Shown here: positions 1-12,929 of the stretch, one piece after another | Position numbering within the stretch: the stretch's first letter is position 1 | Layout of the letters: every line of letters begins with the position of its first letter | NCBI RefSeq assembly: GCF_000195855.1 | Contig: NC_002677.1 | Span: 1,950,001-1,982,000 of the forward strand | Length of the DNA: 32,000 bases | DNA from: Mycobacterium leprae TN | GTDB taxonomy: Bacteria > Actinomycetota > Actinomycetes > Mycobacteriales > Mycobacteriaceae | Direction of reading: 5' to 3' | Notes under the pieces: generated by a model | Databases searched by the model: none | What the model saw: the letters and a program-made list of their open reading frames with translations, nothing else | Told to the model about the DNA's origin: nothing | Made by a program: the position numbers and the translations under genes

Positions 1-1765
1 GCGATGTTGTACATGCTGTGCGCCGTTGCCCAGCCTAATTTCCACGTGGACCCCGTGGTCGGCCGAAAGTGCAACATTGTGGAGCGCAGTCGGATTCGCC
101 TGCGGCAGTGCATCACCCGCCATCACCATCGGGCAGCGATCGACCAAATCCTGAATCAGAGACACCGTCCAGCGCAGTCCACACCTTGGGGTCGATGGCC
201 TTCGAGTCCACCTCCATCAGCGCGTACTTTACCTAAAGTAATACTTGTCAATACGTTCTCGGATCGTTCAAGTCACCTCGAGTAGCCGCGATGGGAAACA
301 GCAAGTGGTAGTGGATCAGCGTGGCGAGCATCTCGACGTCTAAAGGCGAGGCCTCAAGTCGGGCGCCAATCTGTTGGATCAGTTCCCTGCCGACCAGACT
401 ATGATCAGTGACCCGGCCCTTGCCGATGTCATGCAGCAGCGCACCAAGCTCAAGCAGATCGAGTCGGCGCTACCTGGGTGGACAGCGGTGCTGCTTGGAC
501 AGTGGTCTCGACGGGGTTAACGGTCCACCATGCACGACGCCGCGGGGCGGAAGGTCGCTAATTGCACCCATTCTGGCAACAACCGGTCCCATACATAACC
601 CGGTGCTTGAACACTTCGATTGTCACCACGGCGATGAGGCCAGCGCTTAGCACTACCAAAAGATCAGCTAAAACCTCACGACGACCACGAAGTTTGCATC
701 TCAGCGGCATTGGTGGCCAAGCGACACTCAGCGTAGCATCGCTGATAAGTAATCCGATAGCGGCCGATGCAGCAGTGACACTACACTATCAGACCGAGGT
801 CGTTTTCCAGTTGGGTATCACGGACCAGCAGGATTTCACCGGCGAATTCGATGACGCCCCCGTCTAATGGTCGTCGCCAACGCGATATGCCACGCCGCAG
901 CAATGCGTTGACAGTGGTCCGCAGCCCAATTTCAATGTGATAAGCAATGGTGTGGCCGGCGTCCGACAGATCTAATCGGTCACCGATGCGCAAGACCGTA
1001 CTGATGTCGTCCACGTGCTAAGCCGGCAGCAAATCATGTCCACGACCAGATACCCGATGCAACTCGGTACGGACATTGAGCAGGGTGAGGCAGGCGGCGT
1101 CCAGCAAACCTACGGTCATGTCGGGTTGCTGTATGCCGTGGACGATCAATGAGTTGGGCGACGGCCAGCGCATCGAACAACTGAACGTCGCCAAGACCGC
1201 CACCACCCGATTTCAGGTCAGATTCAGCGCGCTCCGCTATCCGCAGGCAACGCTCCCAGCGGACATGCGCGATGTCGACCAGTTCGTCCATTCGGCAGCA
1301 AATCCCGCTGCGCCACTGCGATCGTACCCCGTAGAGCAGTTCGGCCGTTGACCCCGCAACACCGGTGATGTGGCGCGCTTCCAACATACCCAGGGCAGCA
1401 AGCATATTGGTGTTAGCTATGCCCCATGCCCCGAAGAAGGTTCACACGCTGTGGTCAAGCCGAACATCGGCGTTCCACAACGGATACCACAGCTGATCAG
1501 CGACCCGCTGTAGCATGTCAACAGACATGCTGTCGTGCAATAGCATAAGGTCCAGGTCAGAGTAGGATAGTAACTCGCGGCTGTCCAGTCAGCCAATTGC
1601 CACGATCGCGAAATCACCAGTATCGGTGATTCCGATCTCGACCGACTTGGCAATCAGCCAGGACTCGTGCAGATCCAGCCACGCGTGGCGCAGCTGCGCT
1701 GCGTCAAGTTGACGATTCCCTTCAGACAGCAACTTTGGACGCTCAACAGCAAAATCTCTTGCTAA
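1..1765 (-). pseudogene. glnD: glnD (PII uridylyltransferase) pseudogene, runs off the left edge
   Basis: Minus-strand fragments in different frames resemble GlnD: 1034..1405 '[15 protein letters not shown]...[51 protein letters not shown]', 1018..1206 '[20 protein letters not shown]', 781..1014 '[15 protein letters not shown]...[20 protein letters not shown]'. The N-terminal remnant near 1680-1760 reads '...NRQLDAAQLRHAWLD'. Frameshifts and stops throughout. Confidence 0.88.
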
Positions 1766-1856
1766 GAAAGCCGATACAGAGAACCCGGACGGGTCGTGCT
1801 GACTGGGGTTTCATCCCCACCCGGCCCTACACGGTAGATAAGCACTGTGCAGCTAA

Positions 1857-2244
<388 letters not shown>

Positions 2245-2276
2245 TCAAGGTGTCCTCCACGTTAGATACTGGGAGG

Positions 2277-3340
2277 CTAGAACGACCCGCTGACTATCGC
2301 GAAACCGTAGCCGGGCTCAGCGTATTCGACTTCGTGGATGCTGACAACTTCTTTGTCAGCGCCCAGCCAGAACCCGATGGTGAATTTTAGGATCAGCGCC
2401 AAGATACGGGTAAAGACACCAGAGTAGAGCAGAACGCCGAAGGCGCCGATGGATTGCTGTTCCAGATCGGCGAAGCCGCCACCATAGAACAACCCCATTC
2501 GATACCTCCGCCACGCCCTTATGTGCTGGGCGGTTCCGGGGCTGCCAGCAAATCTGCCAACAACGTGCCTGCCAGACCACCAACCATGTGTACCCCGACC
2601 ATGTCGAGGGAATCGTCAAAACCGAGCCGGAACTTCAGCCCACATGCCAGTGCACACACCACACCGGCCACCAATGCACCCAGCACGTTGACCGACGAAC
2701 AAAGACAGGCGTGATGGCGACCAGTCCGGCGACAATTCTCGAGGCCGAGCCCAGCGTTGTTGCCTTGCCGCCGCGGATACGCTCGGGCGAACATCACCGC
2801 TGCTGTGGCGATCGGGAAGTATAAGAACGACGTTCATAGTCCGGCGAACAAAATCCAGGCATCGATCCGCATCCAGTCAGCTACGGCCCCAAGATTAGCG
2901 TGACCATGATGATCGCGAACATAAGCTGAAATGCCATAAATACGGTGGGCGGCATATGGTACCGGCCAACGGGATATTCACCAACGCAGTCTATGTGGCT
3001 CGGATCCGCCTCAGCGGCATTGACACCGATGAGACCCTTCAGGCCCCAGTATTAGGTCGGGTTGCCGGCGACGTTTCCGGACAGCATTGTCAAAAGCGAA
3101 CGAATAGCCGTAGAGCACTCACAGCACGGTCACCACGCCTATTCGTGCTTGTGCTCATCATGAATGTTGAGCACATCCTGGCACACACCATACCGCCACA
3201 AAAACGCTAAATCTGACGTCACCAACAGCACAAACGCAGGGTTTTACAATATCCAGGCGGTGTCACCGGTATTGGGCTGCCCCAGGACAAGGAATTGGCC
3301 CCACTCGCTACCACCTTCGGTTGGCGGTTAACCCCAGGTG
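2277..3340 (-). pseudogene. amt: amt (ammonium transporter) pseudogene
   Basis: C-terminal fragment 2277..2498 'MGLFYGGGFADLEQQSIGAFGVLLYSGVFTRILALILKFTIGFWLGADKEVVSIHEVEYAEPGYGFAIVSGSF'. Also 'SSVNVLGALVAGVVCALACGLKFRLGFDDSLDMVGVHMVGGLAGTLLADLLAAPE' (2519..2797), and 'VLNIHD' plus 'GVVTVL' remnants near 3100-3200. The reading frame is broken in several places. Confidence 0.88.
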
Positions 3341-3447
3341 TCCGTCAGACTGGCCTAACAACCTGATCCAGAACCATGTGCAATGGTTGTTGCTGCGATG
3401 AGGCCGCCATGTTTAACGGGATTAACGTAGCCTGCGGCTGAAGAGTT

Positions 3448-4740
3448 TCACTCCAACAGGGCATCGACGAAAACGGCGGGTTCGAATGGCGCCAAGTCGT
3501 CGGGACCTTCACCCAGCCCGACCAGCTTCACCGGCACTCCAAGCTCACGTTGGATACGAAAAACAATGCCGCCCTTGGCCGTTCCATCTAGCTTGGTCAG
3601 CACGGCACCAGTGATGTCGACAACCTCGGCGAAGACCCGAACTTGCGTCAGCCCATTCTGACCGATGGTGGCATCAAGTACCAGTAACACCTCGTCAACT
3701 GCCGCGCGTCGAGTCACCACACGCTTGATTTTGTCGAGCTCGTCCATCAGCCCCACCTTGGTATGCAATCGCCCGGCGGTGTCGATGACCACAACATCAG
3801 CGCCCGCACCGATGCCTTTGTCGACGGCGTCGAACGCCACTGATGCCGGGTCAGCGCCTTCGACACCACGCACCAGCTCTGCACCCACCCGAGAAGCCCA
3901 GGTTTGCAGTTGGTCGGCGGCCGCTGCCCGAAACGTGTCCGCCGCGCCGAGGACAACGCGCCGGCCGTCGGCTACCAAAACCCGCGCCAACTTGCCGACC
4001 GTGGTGGTCTTGCCGGTGCCGTTGACACCGACGATCAGCAGCACTGCCGGATGGTCAGCGTGCGGTAGAGCTCGAATCGAGCGGTCCATATCGGGTTGCA
4101 GTTCACTGATCAATACGTCACGCAGCATGGTACGGGCGTCACTCTCGGTATGCACGTTGCTGTTGAGCAGCCTGCTGCGCAACGCAGACATCACCGACTC
4201 AGTGGCAACGGGGCCCAGATCAGCGACCAGCAAGGTATCCTCGAGCTCCTGCCAGGAGTCCTCATCCAGATCGCCGCCGACGATCAAGCCCAAGATGCTG
4301 CGTCCGAACGCATTTTGTGTCCTGGCGAGTCGCCCGCGCAGCCGATCCAATCGGCCTTCGGGTGGAACAATGGCATCAATGTGCGGGACCGCCGCCTCTG
4401 GCTCGTCAGGTGACGTAATGAGCTCAGATTCGGGAAGCAATACGTCCGAGATCGTGTGTCGCGGCGAGTCACGAGGCACGGTCGCGTCATCGCCCACCGC
4501 CGGCAGTTCTCCGGTGTCAATCCGGTCCGCGGGCTGAACGGGCAGTGCGGTTTGGCTGAATGTGATACCCGACGACGCAGTGTAGCTGCCGGAACGGTCG
4601 CTTGCACTTGGCCCAGAGCTCAAAGAGGAAAAGATCAAGCTAATCCGCCGCCGACGGTAACGCACCGAGCCCAGAATCAAGGCTGCGATGACAACCAGGA
4701 CGGCGGCGACAGCGGTGGCGATCCACAAACCTTCTGACAC
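3448..4740 (-). CDS. ftsY: Signal recognition particle receptor FtsY
   Basis: 430-aa ORF with N-terminal membrane segment, SRP GTPase motifs GVNGTGKTTTVGKLA, DTAGRLH, TKLDGTAKGG, and C-terminal GLGEGPDDLAPFEPAVFVDALL. Confidence 0.97.
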   Translation of the reverse strand: MSEGLWIATAVAAVLVVIAALILGSVRYRRRRISLIFSSLSSGPSASDRSGSYTASSGITFSQTALPVQPADRIDTGELPAVGDDATVPRDSPRHTISDVLLPESELITSPDEPEAAVPHIDAIVPPEGRLDRLRGRLARTQNAFGRSILGLIVGGDLDEDSWQELEDTLLVADLGPVATESVMSALRSRLLNSNVHTESDARTMLRDVLISELQPDMDRSIRALPHADHPAVLLIVGVNGTGKTTTVGKLARVLVADGRRVVLGAADTFRAAAADQLQTWASRVGAELVRGVEGADPASVAFDAVDKGIGAGADVVVIDTAGRLHTKVGLMDELDKIKRVVTRRAAVDEVLLVLDATIGQNGLTQVRVFAEVVDITGAVLTKLDGTAKGGIVFRIQRELGVPVKLVGLGEGPDDLAPFEPAVFVDALLE

Positions 4741-4853
4741 GTTGCCATTGTTTCAGGGGGTGACACCCGGCGAACAGTGAGGGCGGACCGGACTAAAACT
4801 GGATTACCCAGTTCGCCCCCTCACCGCTGGAGATACCCCCTCACGTTGCGACG

Positions 4854-7800
4854 CTACGAGGAACTGGTTACTAGCGACTCTACCTGCTGACCGCGCATCC
4901 GCTGTGAGATCACCGCAGTGATACCATCGCCCTGCATGGTCACGCCGTACAGTGTGTCAGCGACTTCCATCGTCGGTTTCTGGTGCGTAATGATTATAAG
5001 CTGCGACTGGCCACGCAGTTGCTCAAACACACCAATTAAGCGACACAGATTGACATCGTCGAGCGCAGCCTCCACCTCATCCATGATGTAGAACGGTGAC
5101 GGGCGAGCTTTAAAAATCGCCACCAACATAGCCACCGCAATCAGCGACTTCTCGCCACCGGACAGCAACGATAGCCGGCTAACCTTCTTGCCGGACGGAC
5201 GCGCCTCTACTTCTATGCCAGTGGTGAGCATGTCATCCGGATCGGTCAACCTTAGCCGACCTTCGCCACCGGGGAACAGTGAGGTAAAGACACCGCGGAA
5301 TTCACGCTCCACATCCACAAAGGCGTCGCTGAACACCTGCAGGATACGAGCATCGACTTCAGCGACAACGTCGAGCAGATCCTTGCGGGCACCCTTGACA
5401 TCCTCAAGTTGGGTAGACAAGAAGTTATAGCGTTCCTCTAGTGCAGCGAACTCCTCCAGCGCCAGCGGATTGACCCTGCCCAGCTCAGCTAGTTCACGCT
5501 CCGCACGTTTGGCCCGACGCTCCTGGGTAGCGCGGTCGTACGGCATCGGAGCAGGCGAAGTCACCTGTTCACCACGCTCCCGGGCCTGTTGGAATTCAGC
5601 CATTTCGAGCTCGGTCGGCAGTAGCGCAACCTGCGGACCGTACTCAGCGATTAAATCCACCGGCGCTATTCCGAACTGCTCCAGCACCAGCTGCTCGAGC
5701 TGCTCGATACGCAGCGCCGCCTGAACGTTAGCCACCTCGTCGCGGTGCAGCGAATCGGTTAGGGTGGCCAACCGAACCCTCAGAGTGTTTACCTCGTAGC
5801 GCACAGCCGCTATTGCAACCGATCGCTGCTGACGCTCGGTGGCCAGTGCATCGCGGTGTCGCGCCGCCAGGTCGACAGCCTGGGTCAACCGGGACGCCAG
5901 CAACTGACCGCAGTCGGTAACCGCAGCAGCTACCGCGGCCGCGCGTATTCGTGCGGCGTGCGCTTGCTGGTCCCGCAACCGCACCTCACGCTCAGCAGCG
6001 GCCGCGCGACGCAATGAATTCGCCCGCCCGCACACAGCATTGACGCGTTCTTCGGCAGTCCGAACCGCAAGTAGGGCTTCCACTTCGACGCCACGAGCCT
6101 CCTCGGCCGCGGCGACAATCAGCTGCCGGGCCGCTGCAGAATTCTCATCGAGAGCATGCACATGCTGGATCTGCTCGACGTTATGCAACCGGGTTTCTAG
6201 TTCGACAACCTCTTCGAGAATCGAAACACGCCTGGCTTCTAATTCCTCGCGCTGGGCTAGCAGACTTTCCCATTCTGCTTCGGCAGCGCGAACCTCCTGC
6301 CCGAGCCGCCCTAGCTGGTCATACATTGACAATATTGCAGTGTCGGATTCATTGAGTGCGACCAATGCCTGCTCAGTGGCATCGGAATGGGCAACCTGCT
6401 CGGACAGTGCACCGGACAACGCGGCATTCAGTTGCGCCATATGTGCCTCGGCAGCGGCTAGCTCGGCACCAGCCTTATCGATCTCCGAAGTGACCTCCAG
6501 TGTCGACAGTCTGCGGCCAGAACCACCGCTCACCCAGCCGGCGCCCACCAGATCACCATCAACGGTGACCACCCGCAACTGCGGACAGATATCGACCACG
6601 CCCAACGCTTCGGCGAGGTAGTTGACCACCACGACACCGTACAGCATAGCGATCAACGCGCCCTGCAGCCACGGCGGTGCCTCAATCAAATCGAGCGCAC
6701 GTTGAGCCCCATCGGGCAGCCCAGTAACGCAGGCCGGTCCCGCATCCGCCAGCCAGTCAGCCAAGACGAGGGTCGCGCGGCCTGCGTCGGCTTCCTTAAG
6801 CGCGGTGAGTGCGCTACGAGCCGCGCCCAAACTATCGACGGCCAGCGCATCTGCCGCGGGCCCGAGCACTGCAGCCAGCGCTGCCTCGTAGCCGGGGCGC
6901 ACCTTCACCAACTTGGCGATCGAACCTAAGAGCCCGGTGTCACTGTAATTGCGTGCCAGCCAAGCCGCGCCGTCCTTACGCTCGAGTCCCATCGTCAGCG
7001 CGTCAATACGAGCTCGCAGCGAAACCACCTGGCGTTCGGCGTCTCGCTCAGCGGACTGCAGTTCAGCCACGCGTTCGTTAGCGAACCGCAATGCCGCCAC
7101 GGCCCGTTCGTGCTGTTCGTCAAGGTGGACCTCGCTCTGATCCAGTTCACCGACGCGGCCCTGCACGGTTTCAAACTCCGCGAGAATCTGCTGGGTTCGT
7201 GCAGTAACCTCCTCGATGCGCTCGGACAACCGCGCGACGCTATCATCGATCGATTCGATACGCGCCCGCATAGTCTCCACCTGGCCGGCCAGCAGCGCCA
7301 ACCCCTCGCGCCGATCCGCCTCCGCACGGACCGCCTCCAGATGCGCTTTGTCGGCCTCAACGGCGTGGCGCTCGCGGTCGGCCAATTCGGCACGAGCGGC
7401 CTCCAATTGGGTACGTGCTACAGCCAGCTCCGCCAGCAGCTGCTGCTCGGCGACCTCCATCTGCTGGGCCTCGGCCTCCAACACGTCGGGGTCGGTGTCG
7501 CTCGGTGTGGCTGGATCGACATCAAGATGGTACGCGCGTTCGCCGGCGATCCGAATCGTTGCACTTACCCGCTCGACCAGGGTGGACAACCCGAACCAGA
7601 TCTGCTGGACCGACTCAGCCCGTCCCGAAAGCTCGGTAAGCGCAGCTTCATGCGCCGCCAGCTCTTCGGACGCTACCGCCAGCCGAGCAGCCGCCTCATC
7701 ATGATCACGGCGCATCATCGTCTCAGCCTCGACGATCGCATCTCGCTGCCCTTGTCGACTTACCAGATCATCTGCGGCCAATCGCAACCGAGCGTCGCGT

Positions 7801-8465
7801 AAATCGGCCTGAATAGTCGCGGCCCGTCGGGCCACTTCGGCTTGACGGCTCAACGGCTTGAGCTGACGTCGTAATTCCGTAGTCAAATCGGTGAGCCGGG
7901 CCAGATTCGCCGACATAGCATCGAGCTTTCGCAAAGCCTTTTCCTTGCGCCTACGATACTTAAGTATGCCTGCGGCTTCTTCGATGAAGGTCCGACGGTC
8001 CTCGGGCCGTGACTGCAGGATCTGATCGAGCTTACCCTGCCCGACAATCACATGCATCTCGCGGCCAATGCCGGAGTCGCTCAGCAATTCCTGGACATCC
8101 ATCAAACGGCAACTACTGCCGTTAATTTCGTATTCACTAGCACCGTCGCGAAACATCCGCCGCGTGATCGACACCTCGGAGTACTCGATCGGCAGCACGT
8201 TGTCGGAGTTGTCGATGATCAAAGTGACTTCTGCGCGACCCAACGGAGCGCGCGACAACGTGCCGGCGAAAATGACATCTTCCATTTTACTCCCACGCAG
8301 CGTCTTGGCTCCCTGCTCCCCCATTACCCACGCCAGAGCATCGACGACGTTGGACTTACCGGAGCCGTTAGGTCCAACGACAGCGGTAATGCCCGGCTCA
8401 AAACGTAAAGTCGTCGGCGACGCGAAGGACTTAAAGCCCTTCAACGTCAGACTCTTGAGGTACAC
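4854..8465 (-). CDS. smc: Chromosome segregation protein SMC
   Basis: About 1200-aa ORF with Walker [10 protein letters not shown], long coiled-coil arms, hinge, signature [11 protein letters not shown] and Walker [14 protein letters not shown]. Start proposed at GTG ([14 protein letters not shown]), four codons inside the tracked ORF. Confidence 0.97.
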   Translation of the reverse strand: MYLKSLTLKGFKSFASPTTLRFEPGITAVVGPNGSGKSNVVDALAWVMGEQGAKTLRGSKMEDVIFAGTLSRAPLGRAEVTLIIDNSDNVLPIEYSEVSITRRMFRDGASEYEINGSSCRLMDVQELLSDSGIGREMHVIVGQGKLDQILQSRPEDRRTFIEEAAGILKYRRRKEKALRKLDAMSANLARLTDLTTELRRQLKPLSRQAEVARRAATIQADLRDARLRLAADDLVSRQGQRDAIVEAETMMRRDHDEAAARLAVASEELAAHEAALTELSGRAESVQQIWFGLSTLVERVSATIRIAGERAYHLDVDPATPSDTDPDVLEAEAQQMEVAEQQLLAELAVARTQLEAARAELADRERHAVEADKAHLEAVRAEADRREGLALLAGQVETMRARIESIDDSVARLSERIEEVTARTQQILAEFETVQGRVGELDQSEVHLDEQHERAVAALRFANERVAELQSAERDAERQVVSLRARIDALTMGLERKDGAAWLARNYSDTGLLGSIAKLVKVRPGYEAALAAVLGPAADALAVDSLGAARSALTALKEADAGRATLVLADWLADAGPACVTGLPDGAQRALDLIEAPPWLQGALIAMLYGVVVVNYLAEALGVVDICPQLRVVTVDGDLVGAGWVSGGSGRRLSTLEVTSEIDKAGAELAAAEAHMAQLNAALSGALSEQVAHSDATEQALVALNESDTAILSMYDQLGRLGQEVRAAEAEWESLLAQREELEARRVSILEEVVELETRLHNVEQIQHVHALDENSAAARQLIVAAAEEARGVEVEALLAVRTAEERVNAVCGRANSLRRAAAAEREVRLRDQQAHAARIRAAAVAAAVTDCGQLLASRLTQAVDLAARHRDALATERQQRSVAIAAVRYEVNTLRVRLATLTDSLHRDEVANVQAALRIEQLEQLVLEQFGIAPVDLIAEYGPQVALLPTELEMAEFQQARERGEQVTSPAPMPYDRATQERRAKRAERELAELGRVNPLALEEFAALEERYNFLSTQLEDVKGARKDLLDVVAEVDARILQVFSDAFVDVEREFRGVFTSLFPGGEGRLRLTDPDDMLTTGIEVEARPSGKKVSRLSLLSGGEKSLIAVAMLVAIFKARPSPFYIMDEVEAALDDVNLCRLIGVFEQLRGQSQLIIITHQKPTMEVADTLYGVTMQGDGITAVISQRMRGQQVESLVTSSS

Positions 8466-8517
8466 GACCAGCCACATTACCCGCGCGGCAGATCCGCGTT
8501 ACCCGGCTCTTCCCAGC

Positions 8518-8800
8518 ATGTGGATAGGACCGAACTAGCGCTCGCTTAAGCAGCTGTCTTCGCGGATTGCTAGGACCAATCAACGATCACCTTGTCGACT
8601 GTGCCGTACGTAGTTTGGCTCTCCAGCACGGCACAGGCAACGTCTCGCACAGCTCCTGAACAACCACCAGCACGCAACCGTTCAACATAGCTGGTCGCGT
8701 TGATAGTGACGCGCAGCTCCAACACCCGGCAACGGGTACAACCCTTACAGGTCGAGCTCGAGGGTTTCTTGAAGCATCGAGGTCCTACCACGTGGTTGCC
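8518..8800 (-). pseudogene. acyP: acylphosphatase (acyP, Rv2922A-like) relic
   Basis: Minus-strand 8570..8791 reads 'GCTRCRVLELRVTINA...AVLESQTTYGTVDKVIVDWS', resembling the family pattern W(W)TRCRALELGLTG...GRVAKVVADWS. The N-terminal GWVQGVGFR segment is not preserved. Position directly upstream of smc matches the M. tuberculosis order. Confidence 0.7.
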
Positions 8801-8814
8801 AACTTGGCCTGAGT

Positions 8815-9545
8815 GGCGTCAAAAATCGTGCGGTTCCCGGGCTCTGCTGTCTTGTGTCTGTGGCGGTGAGTTGTTCGGTTGGTTTCATAGGTGGTGGGTG
8901 AAATGGCTGTTTTTGCGTTTTATGACTGGCCGATATGTTCGGTAGTCGTGGGGGGCAGCCCGGAATCCTGTTGACGTGTTTTGCTGTGTTGCGGGGTTTT
9001 TGTTGGTGGGTGGCTGACTGCCTGCTTTCGATGAGGCTTCGTGTGCTTTGCCGCAGTGGACACGATTAGCGCGGCGCACGTAAGCATGTCGGTGGTGGAT
9101 GCTGCTTGGTCTACATGTTGATGATGCCAGGGGCTGGGCACCTGGGCTGTGCTGAAGGCGATATCGATGCAGGCGTGAGTGTGAGGATAGTTGTTAGCGC
9201 CGCGGGGTAGGGGCGTTTTAGTGTGCATGTCATGGCCTTGAGGTGTCGGCGTGGTCAATGTGGCCGCACCTGAACAGGCACGTCCCCGTGCACGGTATAA
9301 CTATTCGCACCTGATGTTATCCCTTGCACCATTTCTGCCGCTGGTATCGGTGTCGGCGGCTTGTTGACCGGCCCTCAGCCAGCAAGCAGGCATGCCGCCG
9401 GGTGCAGCAGTATCGTGTTAGTGAACAGTGCATCGATGATCCGGCCGTCGGCGGCACATACGGCAACCTTCTAGCGCAGATCAACCACCCACACCCCACC
9501 AGCCCACCACAACACCACCCAAACCAAACCAGCAAAAAATAACCA
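8815..9545. repeat. RLEP dispersed repeat element (M. leprae specific family)
   Basis: Contains TGCATGTCATGGCCTTGAGG at 9224 and TTCTGCCGCTGGTATCGGTG ending at 9352, as recalled the published RLEP LP1/LP2 primer sites, spanning exactly 129 bp. GCACGTAAGC.TGTCGGTGG (9076) to GTGCATCGA.GATCCGGCCG (9447) spans 372 bp, the other classic RLEP amplicon as recalled. Outer boundaries are approximate. Confidence 0.93.
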
Positions 9546-9884
9546 CCAAATGACCATCACGACGACACCTTGAAGTCTAAACGGACAAGTTACTGGTTAC
9601 TGGCCGGGCGCGGCTTTACCCGATAGCAGCGGACGGCTGTCAACGCGATACTTCACGCCCCCATGGCCAAGACGGCTCACTGAGCAATGATTTCAGTCAC
9701 CGCCTAGAATCGCACTTCGCGCCTGGCAGATGAAATCATAGTCAGCTCGGGTAAGAACGATCGAGTCTATCCTAGACCCCAAACACCACACGATGTCGAT
9801 CACGCACTGAATGGTCGGCAGCACGAAAAGTAGCTCCTCTTCGCTTAAGAATTCGACGGCAGCCAACCGGAACAGATTCCTGCT

Positions 9885-12884
9885 TCAACTACCAAAAACC
9901 TTGCGCACAAATGTTTTTGCACGTCGCGTCACCCGCAGATAGTTGTCCAGGAATTCGCTGCCGTCATCGCTTGGCCAGCCGGCGGCGACGGCGACCGCGT
10001 TAAGCTGGCGTCCAGGCCCTGGCAGCTGGTCGGTGGTCTTACCCCGGACCAGCACCAGCGCATTGCGGGCTCGAGTAGCGGTCAGCCACGCCTGCCGCAG
10101 CAGGTCCACGTCTGCTTCGGGGATCAGGTTGGCAGCAGCTATGGCGTCTAGGGATTCCAACGTCGAAGTCTTGTGCAGAGCCGGCAGCTCGTGCGCATGC
10201 CGCAACTGCATCAACTGGACAGTCCATTCGATGTCGGCTAATCCCCCGCGGCCCAGCTTAGTGTGCGTGTGGGGGTCGGCACCGCGCGGTAAACGCTCGG
10301 CCTCGACGCGCGCCTTCATCCGACGAATCTCGCGCACCGCCTCGGCAGATACACCATCGGGTGGATAGCGCATTTTATCGGCCATCAGCAGGAACCGCTG
10401 GCCCAAATCCGCGTCGCCGGCAACCGCGTGTGCGCGGAGTAAGGCCTGAATCTCCCACGGCTGAGCCCACTGCGCATAGTAGGCGGCATAGGCACCCAAG
10501 GTACGAACCAGCGGTCCGTTGCGACCCTCGGGACGTAGATTGGCATCAACGTCCAACGGCGGGTCAACGCTGGGTGTCCTCAGCAGTCTGCAAACCCGTT
10601 CAGCGATCATCCCCGACCATCGCAACGCCTGCGCATCCTCGACCCCAATGGCCGGCTCGCAGACAAACATCACGTCGGCATCTGAACCGTATCCCAGTTC
10701 AGCACCGCCTAACCGGCCCATGCCGATGACCGCGATGGCCGCCGGCGCCTTGTCACCGTCAGGCAGGTAGGCCCGGATCACTGCGTCCAAAGCGGCCTGC
10801 AACACCGCCACCCACACCGACGTCAGTGCCTTACACACTTCGGTGACTTCCAACAAGCCCAGGAGGTCCGCGGACCCGACCCGGGCCAACTCACGACGCC
10901 GCAGACTACGCGCGGCGTCTATGGCCCGTATCGGGTCAGTGTGGCGGCCCGCCGAAGTGATCAGCGCGCGAGCCACCATGGCTGGCTCAGCCTCCAGCAG
11001 CTTCGGGCCCGCTAGCCCGTCTCCGTAAGACTGAATGACTTCGGGCGCACGCATCAACAAATCTGGCACATACACAGAGGTACCCAGCACATGCATCAGC
11101 CGCCTGGCCACTGCTGGCTTGTCACGCAACGTGGACAGGTACCAGGTCTCAGCCGACAGCGCCTCGGACAAGCGCCGATAAGCCAATAGCCCGCCGTCAG
11201 GGTCGGGCGCATACGACATCCAATTGAGCAACCGGGGCAACAACACCGACTGCACCCGCCCTCGCCGCCCACTCTGGTTGACCAGCGCCGATATGTGTTT
11301 CAACGCGGTCTGCGAGCCCTCATAGCCCAGTGTGGCCAGCTGCCGCTCGGCTGCCTCCGATGTCATGCCGTGACGAATCTCCAGGCTGGCCGGCCCGATC
11401 GACTCCAACAGCGGCTGATAAAAGAGCTTAGCATGCAGCTGTGATACCCGCAGGTTCTGGTTCTTGAGCTCCTCGCGCAGCACCCCCGCAGCGTCGTGCC
11501 GGCCGTCCGGACGGATGTGCGCCGCGCGGGCCAGCCAACGCACCGCCTCTTCATCGCCGTCCTCGGGCAGCAGGTGAGTGCGCTTGAGTCGCTGCAGCTG
11601 CAGTCGGTGCTCAAGCAGTCGCAGGAACTCATAGGAGGCGGTCAAGTTCGCAGCGTCCTCACGGCCGATATAGCCGCCCTCACCCAACGCCGCCAGCGCG
11701 TCTACCGTGGAAACCACATGCAGCGACTCGTCGCTGCGGCCGTGCACCAACTGCAGAAGCTGCACGGCAAACTCCACATCTCGCAAGCCGCCACTTCCGA
11801 GTTTGAGCTCGCGGCCGCGGACATCCGCAGGCACCAGCTGCTCCACGCGCCGCCGCATGGCCTGCACCTCGGCCACGAAATCCGCACGTTCGCAGGCGGC
11901 CCAGACCATCGGCATCAACGCGGCCAGGTAACGCTCACCCAGTTCCGCATCGCCAACCGCCGAGCGGGCTTTCAGCAACGCCTGAAACTCCCAGGTCTTC
12001 GCCCAGCGCTGGTAGTAGGCGATGTGCGACTCGACCGTACGTACCAGTTCACCGTTGCGGCCCTCCGGCCGCAACCCGGCGTCCACCTGGAAGAACGCCT
12101 CCGAAGCCACCCGCATCATCTCACTGGCCACGCGAGTGCTGAGCGGGTCAGCTTGCTCAGCGACAAAGATGATGTCGACGTCGCTGACGTAGTTCAGTTC
12201 GCGGGCACCCCATTTGCCCATAGCAATGACCGCCAGCCGCGGTGGCGTGCGATCACCACACACAATTTTTTCGGCCACACGTAGTGCAGTCGCCATCGCG
12301 GCGTCCGCAATATCAGCCAGCTGGGCAGCGACCAGGGTAAACGGCAGCACCGGCTCGTCTTCGACCGTTGCGGCCAGATCGAGCGCGGCCAACACCAGCA
12401 GCTGATCACAGTATAACGTGCGCAATCGAGGCAGTACCGAGTCTGGCGCATCCAAAGGGTCATCCCCAAAATTACTCACGCACTCGTCGAAAGCCTGGTG
12501 CAGCTGGGTACGGGACGGCAAGCTGACCCTGCCCCGCAACAGCTTCCAAGACTGCGGATGGGCGACCAAGTGATCGCCTAACGCCAACGACGAGCCCAGC
12601 ACGGCAAATAGCCGCCCACGCAGACCGCGATCGGTGAGCAAAGCGGCATTGAGCTCATCCCATCCGGTGGCCGGGTTCTCGAACAGCCGGACCATGGGGC
12701 GCAGCACAGCATCGGCGTCGGGTGCCCGCGACAGCGACCACAACAGGTCCACATGTTCTCGGCAATCGTAGTCATACCAGCCCAGTAGCGCGAGATTCTC
12801 CGCGGCATGAGGGTCAAACAACCCGAGCCGGCCGACACTGGGCCGCTTGAGGCGCTCTGTCGCGGGCTTTCTCACAACCACGAC
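9885..12884 (-). CDS. glnE: Glutamine synthetase adenylyltransferase/deadenylylase GlnE
   Basis: About 1000-aa ORF with two nucleotidyltransferase domains ([13 protein letters not shown] and [13 protein letters not shown]) and LRPEGRNG repeated in both halves. The exact start among several in-frame GTGs is uncertain (tracked ORF to 12899). Confidence 0.96.
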   Translation of the reverse strand, partial: VVVVRKPATERLKRPSVGRLGLFDPHAAENLALLGWYDYDCREHVDLLWSLSRAPDADAVLRPMVRLFENPATGWDELNAALLTDRGLRGRLFAVLGSSLALGDHLVAHPQSWKLLRGRVSLPSRTQLHQAFDECVSNFGDDPLDAPDSVLPRLRTLYCDQLLVLAALDLAATVEDEPVLPFTLVAAQLADIADAAMATALRVAEKIVCGDRTPPRLAVIAMGKWGARELNYVSDVDIIFVAEQADPLSTRVASEMMRVASEAFFQVDAGLRPEGRNGELVRTVESHIAYYQRWAKTWEFQALLKARSAVGDAELGERYLAALMPMVWAACERADFVAEVQAMRRRVEQLVPADVRGRELKLGSGGLRDVEFAVQLLQLVHGRSDESLHVVSTVDALAALGEGGYIGREDAANLTASYEFLRLLEHRLQLQRLKRTHLLPEDGDEEAVRWLARAAHIRPDGRHDAAGVLREELKNQNLRVSQLHAKLFYQPLLESIGPASLEIRHGMTSEAAERQLATLGYEGSQTALKHISALVNQSGRRGRVQSVLLPRLLNWMSYAPDPDGGLLAYRRLSEALSAETWYLSTLRDKPAVARRLMHVLGTSVYVPDLLMRAPEVIQSYGDGLAGPKLLEAEPAMVARALITSAGRHTDPIRAIDAARSLRRRELARVGSADLLGLLEVTEVCKALTSVWVAVLQAALDAVIRAYLPDGDKAPAAIAVIGMGRLGGAELGYGSDADVMFVCEPAIGVEDAQALRWSGMIAERVCRLLRTPSVDPPLDVDANLRPEGRNGPLVRTLGAYAAYYAQWAQPWEIQALLRAHAVAGDADLGQRFLLMADKMRYPPDGVSAEAVREIRRMKARVEAERLPRGADPHTHTKLGRGGLADIEWTVQLMQLRHAHELPALHKTSTLESLDAIAAANLIPEADVDLLRQAWLTATRARNALVLVRGKTTDQLPGPGRQLNAVAVAAGWPSDDGSEFLDNYLRVTRRAKTFVRKVFGS

Positions 12885-12929
12885 GGTAGTGCAACACACC
12901 CCAGTCGAACTGACCGGAGAGAATCTAGG

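Noticed and set aside
3665-4537. 290-aa plus-strand ORF opposite ftsY
   Set aside because: Low-complexity Ser/Thr/Arg-rich translation caused by antisense codon bias; ftsY on the other strand is unambiguous.
8920-9258. ORFs inside the RLEP element (8920..9258 -, 9317..9535 -, 9324..9542 +)
   Set aside because: Low-complexity, no similarity to transposases or other proteins that I can recognise; RLEP is regarded as non-coding.
11496-12284. 262-aa plus-strand ORF opposite glnE (also 6040..6621, 7110..7802 opposite smc)
   Set aside because: Antisense shadows of strongly supported genes, without motifs or plausible starts.
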